Source: an uncultured delta proteobacterium
Lineage (GTDB): Bacteria > Myxococcota > B64-G9
DNA length: 34,472 nt
Assembly (NCBI GenBank): GCA_963754925.1
Contig: CAVWHX010000008.1
Span: 1 to 34,472, forward strand
Direction of reading: 5' to 3'
Shown here: positions 17,965 through 27,275 of the stretch, piece after piece
Numbering within the stretch: the first letter of the stretch is position 1
How the letters are laid out: every line of letters begins with the position of its first letter
Program-made: the position numbers and the translations under genes
Notes under the pieces: generated by a model
Database searches by the model: none
Told to the model about the DNA's origin: nothing
The model's input: only the letters and a program-made list of their open reading frames with translations

Positions 17965-19042
17965 TTGGCCAAAGTTTTGATGAAAGGTAACGAAGCCATC
18001 GGCGAGGCCGCCATCCGCGCCGGATGTCTACATTTTTTCGGTTACCCGATCACTCCTCAAAGCGAGATCCCGGAATATCTCGCGCGGCGCCTTCCCGAGG
18101 TCGGCGGACGCTTTACCCAGGCCGAAAGCGAGGTGGCCGCAAGTAACATGCTCTATGGTGCCGCCGGCGTGGGTATGCGCGTTTTGACCAGCTCCTCGTC
18201 GCCAGGGATAAGCCTCATGGCCGAGGCCATTTCTTATATCGCGGCCAGCGAGTTGCCGGTGGTGATCGTCAACATTATGCGTGCCGGCCCAGGCCTAGGC
18301 GGAGTCTTGCCGGCGCAGGGTGATTATCTGCAGGCCACCAAGGGCATGGCCCACGGCGACTTTAAGCTTAGTGGTGCTGGCGCCTGCATCGGTTCAAGAA
18401 GCGGTCAATCTGGTGATGCTGGCTTTTGAACTGGCTGAGAAATATCGCACGCCGGTTATGGTGTTAGGCGACGGGATGATAGGACAGATGATGGAACCGG
18501 TTGAGTTTCCAAGCGAAGGCGTGGGCAAACCGCTCGACCCGGGTGATTGGGCGCTCACCGGTTGCGTCGGGAGGACCAAACGTACGATCTGTTCACTCTA
18601 TCTCGATGCCGATGAATGTCACCAACACAACCTGCGACTTAGGGAAAAGTACGAGCGTATTGCCGCCACCGAGCAACGCTTTGAAATTTACCATACCGAC
18701 GAGCCCTATGATGTACTGGTCACCGCGTTTGGCATGACTTCGCGCGTGTGTAAGAGCGCAATCGATCAGCTCAAGGAAGAAGGTATTTCGGTTGGCCTGT
18801 TCAGACCGATAACGCTGAGCCCCTTTCCGTACGAGGCATGCCGCCTAGCGGCTGCCGGTGCTCGGCGCATTTTGGATTGTGAAATGAACATGGGCCAGAT
18901 GCTTCAGGACATTCAGCTTTCGGTCGGCAATGAAAAACCGATCAACTTTTACGGAACATCCGGAGGGGTGATCCCTTCTCCCGAACAGGTGCGCGAACAA
19001 ATTCTAGCCGCACGGGAAAGAATTAAAACGGCTCACCGATGA
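17965..19042 (+). CDS. vorB: 2-oxoacid:ferredoxin oxidoreductase alpha subunit (VorB-type); apparent indel near 18365
   Basis: [35 protein letters not shown] and RAGPGLG. It continues as APASVQEA...[11 protein letters not shown]...RPITLSPFP...EMNMGQM. Confidence 0.9.
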
Positions 19043-19803
19043 GAAAGATATTCGCAGTCAGCGCGGCCCTTGAAGACCGCCCTACGCATTATTGCCCCGG
19101 CTGCACGCACGGGGTGATTCAACGGCTGGTTGGCGAGGTGATAGAGGAGCTTGGCATTCTTGGACGCACGGTGGGAGTCGCGCCCGTGGGTTGCGCCGTA
19201 CTGGCCTATGAGTATTTTGCCTGCGATATGTTCGAGGCCTCGCATGGCCGGGCGCCGGCGGTGGCGACCGGTGCCAAGCGAGCTCGGCCCAATCTGATCG
19301 TGTTTTGTTACCAAGGTGACGGAGACCTGGCTTCGATCGGTTTGGGTGAAATCCTCCATGCAGCCAATCGCGGCGAAAAAATCACGGTGATCTTCGTCAA
19401 CAACGCTATCTACGGCATGACTGGCGGTCAGCTCGCCCCTACCACCATGCCGGGTCAGCACACCACCACCACCCCCAATGGTCGAGACGTCAAGGACGTC
19501 GGGTATCCGATGCGCATGGCCGAGCTCATTGCGACACTGACGACGCCGGCTTTTATTGGTCGCGGCGCCGCTCATATCGCAACGGCTATCGCCGATACTA
19601 AGCAACTGATTAAGCAAGCTTTTCAATATCAGATCGCCGGGACCTGCTTCAGTTTTGTCGAGGTGCTCTCGACCTGCCCGACCAACTGGGGATTGTCGCC
19701 GCGCGAGAGCGAGCAATGGCTCGAACATGAAATGCTGCCCTATTACACGCTCGGCATCAAAAAGCGTCCTGAGGACTTTTTAGAGAATGTTAGGCACTGC
19801 TAA
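19039..19803 (+). CDS. 2-oxoacid:ferredoxin oxidoreductase beta subunit (TPP-binding)
   Basis: HYCPGCTHG, HGRAPA, GDGD...NNAIYGMTGGQ and STCPTNW. Confidence 0.93.
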   Translation: MRKIFAVSAALEDRPTHYCPGCTHGVIQRLVGEVIEELGILGRTVGVAPVGCAVLAYEYFACDMFEASHGRAPAVATGAKRARPNLIVFCYQGDGDLASIGLGEILHAANRGEKITVIFVNNAIYGMTGGQLAPTTMPGQHTTTTPNGRDVKDVGYPMRMAELIATLTTPAFIGRGAAHIATAIADTKQLIKQAFQYQIAGTCFSFVEVLSTCPTNWGLSPRESEQWLEHEMLPYYTLGIKKRPEDFLENVRHC

Positions 19804-20356
19804 TGATACCGAGATACTAATGGCCGGATTCGGCGGACAGGGCATGCTGCTTTCGGGCAAGCTGCTGGCCTATGCGGCTATGTGCCAGGGACTTGAGGTC
19901 AGCTGGCTGCCTTCCTACGGCCCCGAGATGCGCGGCGGCACCGCCAATGTTCTGGTATGCATTTCGGACAAACCCATCGGTTCGCCGTACGTAACTTGTC
20001 CGCGGGCGCTTCTCGTCATGAACCAACCGTCGTTGGAAAAGTTTGGGCCGCGCGTCAAGCCGGGCGGGCTCATCGTGATTGATAGCTCGTTGGTATCGAT
20101 TCGCTGCGACCGCGGCGACTGCTCGGTGTTGTACATCGCCGCCAACGATCTGGCCGCCGGCATAGGTACCGCGCGGGCAGCCAATATGGTCATGCTGGGT
20201 GTTTATGTAGGCTGGTCGGCGATTGTTAAAGACACCACCATAGAAAAGATGATCGAAAAGGAATTCGTGAGCAGACCAAAATTTATCTCGGCAAACAGGG
20301 ACGCCTTTCACGCCGGTTATCGGGAAGGGTTACGTGCAAAAGGGGTCATTCCATGA
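19787..20356 (+). CDS. 2-oxoacid:ferredoxin oxidoreductase gamma subunit
   Basis: AGFGGQG, PSYGPEMRGG and NMVMLG. Confidence 0.93.
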   Translation: MLGTANDTEILMAGFGGQGMLLSGKLLAYAAMCQGLEVSWLPSYGPEMRGGTANVLVCISDKPIGSPYVTCPRALLVMNQPSLEKFGPRVKPGGLIVIDSSLVSIRCDRGDCSVLYIAANDLAAGIGTARAANMVMLGVYVGWSAIVKDTTIEKMIEKEFVSRPKFISANRDAFHAGYREGLRAKGVIP

Positions 20357-20834
20357 TTGCCCCTGACATCGAACCGGGCCGGGTGGCGAACGTGTTGTTC
20401 AAACATCCAGCGGGCGATCCCAGTGCCCTGGTGGATGTGCTGCACGATCTCCAAAGCGAATTTCGATACCTCCCGACCGAGGTTTTGACGCTCGCAGCCC
20501 GGCATTTGGGCATGCCTGAGAGCGCCGTATACTCCGTCGCAACGTTCTACCGGGGATTTCACCTCAAGCCGCGGGGCGAACACGTCTGCACCATATGCAT
20601 GGGCACCGCATGCCACGTCCGCGGCTCGCCGCGGTTGCTCACCCAACTGAAGTTAAGCTGGAGATTCAATCGGGCCAAACCACCGGCGATCTTCAGTTCT
20701 CTCTCGAAGAGGTTAATCGTGTCGGGGCCTGCGCCCTGGGGCCGCTGGTTATCGTCGACGGCGTCTATCACGGCCACATGACCGCTGCCAGGCTCGCTAA
20801 GCTTATTGAGCATCTGCGCTCCAAGAAGGGATAG
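20353..20834 (+). CDS. NuoE/HydC-like [2Fe-2S] subunit; apparent indel near 20650
   Basis: VYSVATFY..F...PRG.H and CMGTACHVRG, then TTGDLQFSLEEVN(R)VGACALGP. One expected Cys reads as Arg, possibly an error. Confidence 0.85.
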
Positions 20835-20869
20835 AGCCAACAATGGTTGGCCAGATATCTTAAATGTCA

Positions 20870-20960
20870 CATGCCGGGAGACGCCGAGCAGGGGGCCCCC
20901 CGCCGGCGCGGAGCGAACGCGAGCACCGCCGGGGGATGCGAAGCGGCAGGACCCGGCATG
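20870..20960. repeat. GC-rich palindromic (REP/MITE-like) element inside the operon
   Basis: Terminal inverted repeat CATGCCGGG/CCCGGCATG encloses the inner stem CCCC-CGCCGGCG...CGCCGGGGG and GCGAAGC/GCGAACGC motifs. It fills the longest intergenic gap in the operon. Confidence 0.5.
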
Positions 20961-20974
20961 CACTGGGTGAAATA

Positions 20975-22822
20975 ATGGCTGCCTTTGCCAGTGAACAAGA
21001 GCTCAGCGCATACCGTCAAGAGCTCGTGGCGCGACGCTCCCCCGACCAGCGGGTAATCGCGGTCTGCGCCGGCACTGGCTGCAAGGCCTTCGGTTCATTC
21101 GATCTTTTTGATGCCTTTAAGAAAGAACTATCGACACAAGGACTTATTGGTGAGGTGGCGCTGCGTCCGACCGGATGCCACGGATTTTGCGAGCGCGGCC
21201 CGCTGGTCTTGATATTTCCTGAAAGAACATTGTACCAGCGCGTATCTTCAGCCGACGTAAAAGAGATCATCGCCGAAACCGTTGTTGCCGGCAACGTGAT
21301 CGAACGCCTCCTGGTTGAAAATCCGACAACCGGTGAAAAGTACCGGCGGGAAGCGGACATTCCTTTTTATAAGCACCAGCAGCGATTGGTCCTGGAGCAC
21401 AATGGATTGCTCGATCCGAATTCGATTGACGACTACATCGCCCTGGGTGGTTATAGCGCCCTTCCGCAGGCCCTGGCGATGGGACCGGCTGCCGTTCTCG
21501 AAGAAGTAATAAAGGCCGACCTCCGCGGGCGGGGAGGGGCAGGGTTTTCGGCCGGACGCAAATGGGAGATCTGCCGCAACACCCCGTCTAGCCAGCACTA
21601 CATCATCTGCAACGCCGACGAAGGCGACCCCGGTGCTTTCATGGACCGCTCGGTCATTGAGGGCAATCCGCACTCGGTAATCGAGGGAATGCTGATCGGC
21701 GCTTTTGCCATTGGCGCATCGCGAGGTTTTGTTTACGTGCGCCATGAGTACCCATTAGCGGTCGAGCGGTTATCGTTAGCACTCGACCAGGCGCGACAGC
21801 TCGGTTTGTTGGGCGAACACATTCTTGGATCCCGTTTCTCGTTGGACATTCGTATAAAACGCGGCGGCGGAGCTTTTGTCTGCGGCGAGGAGAGCGCGAT
21901 GATCGCGTCGATCGAGGGTCGGCGCGGCCTTCCGCGGCGTCGGCCGCCCTATCCGGCGGTCTCTGGGCTGTGGGGCAAGCCGACGACCATCAACAATGTT
22001 GAAACCTGGGCTACGGTGCCGCTCATCATCAAGAACGGCGCCGATTGGTTCCGTGGCATCGGCACAGCCGGTTCGAAAGGCACCAAGATTTTCTCACTGG
22101 TCGGCAAGGTCAATAACACCGGCCTGGTCGAAGTGCCCATGGGCATAACCTTACGTCAGGTGGTATTCGATATCGGCGGCGGCATTCCCAACCATAAAGT
22201 CTTCAAAGCGCTTCAGACCGGAGGGCCTTCGGGCGGTTGTCTGCCGGACGCAAAGCTCGACACCCCGATTGATTTCGACACCTTGGCGCAAGAAGGCTCG
22301 ATGATGGGCTCAGGCGGCATGATAGTCATGGATCAGGACACCTGCATGGTGGATGTCGCGCGCTATTTTGTTAATTTTTTACGATCGGAATCGTGCGGGA
22401 ACTGCACCTCATGCCGCGACGGCCTCAGCCAACTTCATCACCTGCTGACTGATATGTGCCAGGGTAAGGCTAACGATACCACTCTCCAATTGGTTGAAGA
22501 ATTGGTCGAAACGATACAAGCCACTTCGCTCTGCGCGCTGGGCACCACGGCGGTCAATCCCGTGCAGTCGACCCTCAAGCATTTTCGGCAGGAGTATCTG
22601 GCCCACATCCACGAAAAACGCTGCCCTGCACATGTTTGCAGCCAATTAATCACTTTTCGGATCGATGAACGTTGCAACGGTTGCACGCTGTGCGCAGCGC
22701 ACTGTCCGCAACACGCCATTACAGGCGAGAAAAAACAAATCCATCGCATCGTAGTGGAAAAGTGCATCAAATGCGGCATTTGCAAAGATGTCTGCAACCA
22801 AGATGCGGTGCAGGTGGAATGA
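20975..22822 (+). CDS. NuoF/HydB-like FMN/NADH-binding subunit with N-terminal thioredoxin-like [2Fe-2S] and C-terminal 2x[4Fe-4S] domains
   Basis: CAGTGC/GCHGFCERGP, LRGRGGAGF, CNADEGDPGAFMDR, GAFVCGEE, GGPSGG, ESCGNCTSC, CALG, HEKRCPAHVC and two CxxCxxCxxxC motifs. Confidence 0.92.
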   Translation: MAAFASEQELSAYRQELVARRSPDQRVIAVCAGTGCKAFGSFDLFDAFKKELSTQGLIGEVALRPTGCHGFCERGPLVLIFPERTLYQRVSSADVKEIIAETVVAGNVIERLLVENPTTGEKYRREADIPFYKHQQRLVLEHNGLLDPNSIDDYIALGGYSALPQALAMGPAAVLEEVIKADLRGRGGAGFSAGRKWEICRNTPSSQHYIICNADEGDPGAFMDRSVIEGNPHSVIEGMLIGAFAIGASRGFVYVRHEYPLAVERLSLALDQARQLGLLGEHILGSRFSLDIRIKRGGGAFVCGEESAMIASIEGRRGLPRRRPPYPAVSGLWGKPTTINNVETWATVPLIIKNGADWFRGIGTAGSKGTKIFSLVGKVNNTGLVEVPMGITLRQVVFDIGGGIPNHKVFKALQTGGPSGGCLPDAKLDTPIDFDTLAQEGSMMGSGGMIVMDQDTCMVDVARYFVNFLRSESCGNCTSCRDGLSQLHHLLTDMCQGKANDTTLQLVEELVETIQATSLCALGTTAVNPVQSTLKHFRQEYLAHIHEKRCPAHVCSQLITFRIDERCNGCTLCAAHCPQHAITGEKKQIHRIVVEKCIKCGICKDVCNQDAVQVE

Positions 22823-22832
22823 CGGTGGCGCC

Positions 22833-23588
22833 ATGACCATACGACTAACCATTAATGACCTCCCGGTGAACGCGCAGCCAGGCGAGTACGTGCTTAATGT
22901 GGCGCGGCGCCATGGGTTTTCGATACCGTCACTTTGTTCGCATGAAGCGGTGGAACCGATCGGAGCCTGCCGGGTTTGCCTGGTAGAGCTGACCTCGAAC
23001 GGGCATACTACCGTTACTTCCTCATGTAACGTCCCGGTAGAGGAGGGTCTTCACGTCATTACCGATTCTCCTGCGATTCGAAAACATCGCGCGATGAATT
23101 TAGAGCTACTGCTTGCGCGGGCGCCGGCATCAGAAACATTGCATCGGCTGGCGGCCGAATATGGGATTTTTCACTCACGTTTCAACCTGCGCGATGAACA
23201 GGGGATGCAAAACTGCATCCTGTGTGAGCTGTGCACTCGGGTGTGTGCCCAACTTGGGCATAACGCCTTGAGCGTCATCGGGCGCGGGGACACCAAACGT
23301 ATCGGGTTACCCTTCAATCAACCGGCCGCAACCTGTGTCGGTTGCGGTTCGTGTGCCTCGGTTTGCCCGACCCGTTGCATACCGATTCAGGATACAAAAA
23401 CCACCCGAACTATCTGGGGGCGCACCTTCAAGTATATTCTCTGTAAGGTATGTCATGATCCCGTAATAACAGAAGAACATAACCAGCATGCTTTGACTCA
23501 CGCTGATTTGCCAGAGGACTATTACGATGTCTGTGAATCCTGTAAACAAGTCATCAATGCCGAACGCTTCGCCGCCCTGGTACGGTAG
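22833..23588 (+). CDS. NuoG/HydA N-terminal-like Fe-S subunit without a catalytic domain
   Basis: IPSLC, GACRVC and SSC ([2Fe-2S]); CILCELCTRVC; CVGCGSCASVCP; C-terminal CKVC...CESCK. Confidence 0.88.
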   Translation: MTIRLTINDLPVNAQPGEYVLNVARRHGFSIPSLCSHEAVEPIGACRVCLVELTSNGHTTVTSSCNVPVEEGLHVITDSPAIRKHRAMNLELLLARAPASETLHRLAAEYGIFHSRFNLRDEQGMQNCILCELCTRVCAQLGHNALSVIGRGDTKRIGLPFNQPAATCVGCGSCASVCPTRCIPIQDTKTTRTIWGRTFKYILCKVCHDPVITEEHNQHALTHADLPEDYYDVCESCKQVINAERFAALVR

Positions 23589-23616
23589 CGCACCCGGCTC
23601 CCCTGTGGCCAGTGGG

Positions 23617-24012
23617 ATGCTGGTCGTCATCCCGCGTAAGTGCGTCGGCTGCCGCACCTGCGAGCTCGCGTGCTCGTTCGCCCATTCGAGCGAAGGTAAC
23701 TTCGGACGGCCCCGGATTAAGGTCTACACTTTTGGTGAAAAAAGGTGTATACAGATGACATGCATGCAGTGCGTTGACGCGGCATGTGTAAAAGTATGTT
23801 CGGTGCAGGCGCTCATTCGCAATAATTACACCGGCGCAATCGAAGTCAACCGGGAACGCTGCGTGGGTTGCGGTTTATGCGAAGCGGCCTGTCCGTTTGG
23901 TCATATGCACTTTGATCGCGAGGCGCGTAGAGCGGTCAAATGCGATCTGTGTGGCGGCAAGCCGAAATGCGCTGCCTTCTGCCCGAATGGGGCGCTGGAG
24001 ATTAGACCATGA
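23617..24012 (+). CDS. 4x[4Fe-4S] electron-transfer protein (HydN/CooF/DmsB-like)
   Basis: CVGCRTCELAC, CMQC..AACVKVC, CVGCGLCEAACP and KCDLC...PKC..FCP. Confidence 0.88.
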   Translation: MLVVIPRKCVGCRTCELACSFAHSSEGNFGRPRIKVYTFGEKRCIQMTCMQCVDAACVKVCSVQALIRNNYTGAIEVNRERCVGCGLCEAACPFGHMHFDREARRAVKCDLCGGKPKCAAFCPNGALEIRP

Positions 24013-24443
24013 AAGATAAATTTACACGGATTCATGCGAGTAAATCACTGATCGCCGAAGGTCGTTGCCCAAAAGGATGCTCACTCATCAACCACGAAAA
24101 GACCTTTACGGGAAAGCCGGCGGTTACGGCCGAGGTGCGCGTGCGCGGCAAGACGGGGCTGATTCACTTCAATCCATTTTATGGCGCATTCGAGTACGAC
24201 TCAGAGTTGAAGCTTATACCGGGCGACGTTTTCGATCTGGTTTGCCCGCACTGCCATACGGTTTTGACCGTTGGCGACACCTGCCCGACTTGTCGGGCGC
24301 CTATGTTCGCCTTTCATCTTCCCGATGGGGGAGAGGCGCGCGCCTGCCCCAAGGTAGGCTGCCACAACCATAAACTGACGATCGTGGACCTCGATACCCA
24401 GTTTGCCAAATATTACAGCGAAGAACGCCGATTCAAAATGTAG
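24009..24443 (+). CDS. Cys-rich hypothetical metal-binding protein, last gene of the operon
   Basis: CPKGC, CPHC, CPTC and CPKVGCHNH. ATGA overlap with the upstream gene. Confidence 0.7.
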   Translation: MKDKFTRIHASKSLIAEGRCPKGCSLINHEKTFTGKPAVTAEVRVRGKTGLIHFNPFYGAFEYDSELKLIPGDVFDLVCPHCHTVLTVGDTCPTCRAPMFAFHLPDGGEARACPKVGCHNHKLTIVDLDTQFAKYYSEERRFKM

Positions 24444-24462
24444 CAGCAGCTTCTAGACCTTG

Positions 24463-25143
24463 TTAGAACCGCCCCGCAACAGCCAGGCCATACGCCATCC
24501 CGTTTTCTCCGTTTTGTCCCGTAGATGGCATCACAAAAGGGGAGAGTGAAATCGACTTCTTGGCGTGTTCTTCGTTGAATTTCTTAACGGAGTAATATGA
24601 GTCAACCGTATCCAACACTGTCAAAGCAGCCAACCCCAGACTCCCAATAACAACCATCGCTATTCCAGCACCATATAAGGAATCATTTCGGCTTGGGGTA
24701 CAGTTTTCGAAACAAAAATTGAAATCACTAATAGCATAAGATATATTTCCTGCCGCAATAAGACCAACAGATGCCATGCGTCCAAGAAGAAACCAGGTTG
24801 CCTTATTGTTCCAACCTGAGTAAATTCGACCAATAGATGGTCCAAAAACAAGACCGCTGCCTAATATCGTAAGACCAGCTATCCCAACGGAATTTTTGGA
24901 CTCATAGTAATTAGGCTGTGCGGCCAGCATACCTCCGCCGATGCCACTAACCGCTAGAGTAATTCCAAGTGGCAGCCCTACACCCAACCACGGGGAGCGT
25001 GTAGGTGCGGGTTCTTCGATGGTGGTTTGTTCGATAACGTTATTGCCCTCTTCATCCTGCGCGAGTACCATTTGAGAATTCAATGATAATCCAATGAACG
25101 TCACCAGACAAGCAACCGGCAGGATCTTATATCTGGTTAACAT
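24463..25143 (-). CDS. Exported/membrane hypothetical protein
   Basis: AAGGAG SD before the ATG at 25143. Signal peptide (VLA|Q), several Gly-rich hydrophobic segments and C-terminal YGLAVAGRF. AT-richer than the flanks. Confidence 0.7.
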   Translation of the reverse strand: MLTRYKILPVACLVTFIGLSLNSQMVLAQDEEGNNVIEQTTIEEPAPTRSPWLGVGLPLGITLAVSGIGGGMLAAQPNYYESKNSVGIAGLTILGSGLVFGPSIGRIYSGWNNKATWFLLGRMASVGLIAAGNISYAISDFNFCFENCTPSRNDSLYGAGIAMVVIGSLGLAALTVLDTVDSYYSVKKFNEEHAKKSISLSPFVMPSTGQNGENGMAYGLAVAGRF

Positions 25144-25433
25144 GATCGTCTCCTTGGCATATATCGTTCTGATTATCAATTGAGCATGTAACATGCCAAA
25201 TTGACGAATATTAAAAATGCGTTTTGTAAATCTAAAGGTACAGCTACCAACAAATCGCAATTCGTTTGGTTTATGTTGCTTCTGTTCACACTTGTCTAGG
25301 GATGTGTCACTTTGAGATACGCATCAGCGAGACCCAACTTTTACAAATAAACTATTGACAGCCTGAATATGTTCAACAGATTAAGGACGGGAGCGTTGTT
25401 CGGTACGATACCATTTTTCTTGGGGGTGGTTAT

Positions 25434-25914
25434 ATGGAAAAATTTAAACTGAAAATCGGCGATAAAGCACCTGGTTTCATTCTTCCCGATGCCCCAGGGT
25501 ACCAACCTATCTCTTGAAAGCTTGCTTGGCTCGTGGGTGGTTCTCTACTTTTATCCCAGAGATAACACGCCCGGATGCACTCTTGAAGCCATCGGTTTTA
25601 CCGGGTCTGCTCAGGACTTCGAAAACCTGAACGCACAAGTTATCGGTATCAGCCCTGATTCGTGTGAAAGCCACACAAAATTCATTCTAAATTACAATCT
25701 CGGGATAACCTTGCTGAGTGATAGCGACAAAACAACCCTGCAGCAATACGGTGTCTGGCAACAAAAAAATACGTTGGGCAAAGAATCGTTCGGCGTCGCC
25801 CGATCGACGTTCCTCATCGATCCGTCGGGCGTCATAAGGTATATTTGGGGAAATGTGGATGTAAAGAATCACGTTGCGGGGGTTCTTGGTACCTTAAAGG
25901 AACTTTCCGCGTAA
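25434..25914 (+). CDS. bcp: Peroxiredoxin, BCP/PrxQ family; apparent indel near 25492
   Basis: MEKFKLKIGDKAPGFILPD joins to VVLYFYPRDNTPGCTLEA...GISPDS...RSTFLID. Confidence 0.9.
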
Positions 25915-26037
25915 AAATATTTTGTCATTTTGAGCCGTTATTGAATAAAGCTCTGGTTTTACTTTAGATGTCACGGATCTTATTTTGCAGTTTCACAGTA
26001 GAGTATGGTATAGACTTTCGAGGATGGAGGGGGTCTC

Positions 26038-26898
26038 GTGAGTCAAAGAAAAATTTCGTCGTTTTTGAGGATGGCAGGGCTGAGCGTTGTCTACCTTGTT
26101 AATCAACCGAGAGCGCATGCTGACGTGGATCTCCCGCTGCTCAATCAGGTTCCAAAGATTATATCGGTCAGCGAACAGTTCCCCCTTGAACAACTCGAAC
26201 GCTTCCGTGGTGTCCAGAATATGACGCTCGAGCTGCGCCTAACTCGCGGCAACTTAGTCCCGGATGAATGGATTGAATTCCTCAATCGTAGATTGCCAGG
26301 CATACCTAAGCGCGTGATGGTACAAGGGGTGCTCAACCCATTCCACGTTGGGCAGATCCGCAAGATCAAGCAGGTTGAAGTTCACTATACCGTCAGCCCC
26401 GAGGGCGTTGATCGCCAGGCGCTCAATGCGCTTTTTGAGCTCGGACCCATTCATAAAATAGTCTTGCTGCCGGAAAATTTTAGCGTCGAATCACTCAATG
26501 CGGTTTCCCGGCTCAAGTTCTTTGTCCAGGCCTTCAACGTACCGGTTGAATTCTTTTCAAAAGAACAACTCGCCGCGTTGACCCGAGATACATCCCATCC
26601 AAAACTTTTTTCATTATCGGCAAATATCGATCCGAAACGAATCCTCGAATTGACGGGGATAAAACCTATCGTGTTAGAGATCCGCACCAACCGCAATCAG
26701 CTCCCTAATAGCCTGCTTGAGGTCATTAAAGATTTACGCGGCGTTGAGCTTACGCTTGTGGTGGATGGCCGTTTGACGCAGGCAGAGGTCAAACCGCTGA
26801 CGAAGATAGAGCGTTTCTCCTTGAAGGTAGATCTCAACGATGTGAACGAGATTACCCCAGGGTTGCCTCAGCTCCTAAACAAGATTAATCCTCCGTAA
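26038..26898 (+). CDS. Exported hypothetical protein made of degenerate ~25-aa alpha/beta repeats
   Basis: SD GGAGG, signal ending AHA|D, and about ten helix-strand units. Confidence 0.65.
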   Translation: MSQRKISSFLRMAGLSVVYLVNQPRAHADVDLPLLNQVPKIISVSEQFPLEQLERFRGVQNMTLELRLTRGNLVPDEWIEFLNRRLPGIPKRVMVQGVLNPFHVGQIRKIKQVEVHYTVSPEGVDRQALNALFELGPIHKIVLLPENFSVESLNAVSRLKFFVQAFNVPVEFFSKEQLAALTRDTSHPKLFSLSANIDPKRILELTGIKPIVLEIRTNRNQLPNSLLEVIKDLRGVELTLVVDGRLTQAEVKPLTKIERFSLKVDLNDVNEITPGLPQLLNKINPP

Positions 26899-26921
26899 CT
26901 TGACGACATTGGATTCCAGCC

Positions 26922-26956
26922 AAGCCGCACGGCCCCGCGAAAGCGCTGTGCGGCTT
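26922..26956 (+). terminator. Stem-loop after the 26038-26898 gene (no U tract)
   Basis: AAGCCGCACGGC / GCTGTGCGGCTT inverted repeat. Confidence 0.4.
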
Positions 26957-27138
26957 AGCAGGGGATCCAGAGGTGTTGTTATCTGGAAATCAGAATCCCA
27001 TCGAATATCAAACTATTAATGCATGGAATTCCTTGACAAGGGTGAGATTCGTTGATACCTAAGCCAAGCTGTTGGGGAGCCCTTGGGCTCCGAGGTACCG
27101 CTGAGGCTCGCGGAACCGGGTGCGCGCAGTTGATATTC

Positions 27139-27213
27139 AGGCGCGTAGCTCAGGGGGAGAGCGCTACCTTGACACGGTAGAGGTCGGTGGTTCGAAACCA
27201 CTCGCGCCTACCA
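27139..27213 (+). tRNA. tRNA-Val(GAC)
   Basis: Acceptor AGGCGCG/CGCGCCT, anticodon arm CTACC-TTGACAC-GGTAG, GGTTCGAAACC T arm and encoded CCA. Confidence 0.97.
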
Positions 27214-27221
27214 ATAACAAC

Positions 27222-27260
27222 GCCGGGCTCATCCCCGGGGGGTGGGTCCGGCATTTTTGT
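27222..27260 (+). terminator. Intrinsic terminator-like hairpin between tRNA-Val and thrS
   Basis: GCCGGGCTCA / TGGGTCCGGC stem followed by ATTTTTGT. Confidence 0.55.
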
Positions 27261-27275
27261 TGGGGCATGGTTTAC

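Noticed and set aside
20353..23588. Respiratory complex I (nuoEFG) or an [FeFe]-hydrogenase
   Set aside because: There are no membrane or other nuo subunits, and the third subunit is only about 250 aa with no H-cluster motifs.
25355..25382. bcp promoter with a TGAA-N4-TTCA palindrome
   Set aside because: The -35 is good but the -10 is poor, and 4-bp arms could arise by chance.
27040..27135. T-box riboswitch upstream of thrS
   Set aside because: No T-box consensus (GGTGGNACCGCG) is positioned before the terminator, and the leader precedes a genuine tRNA gene.
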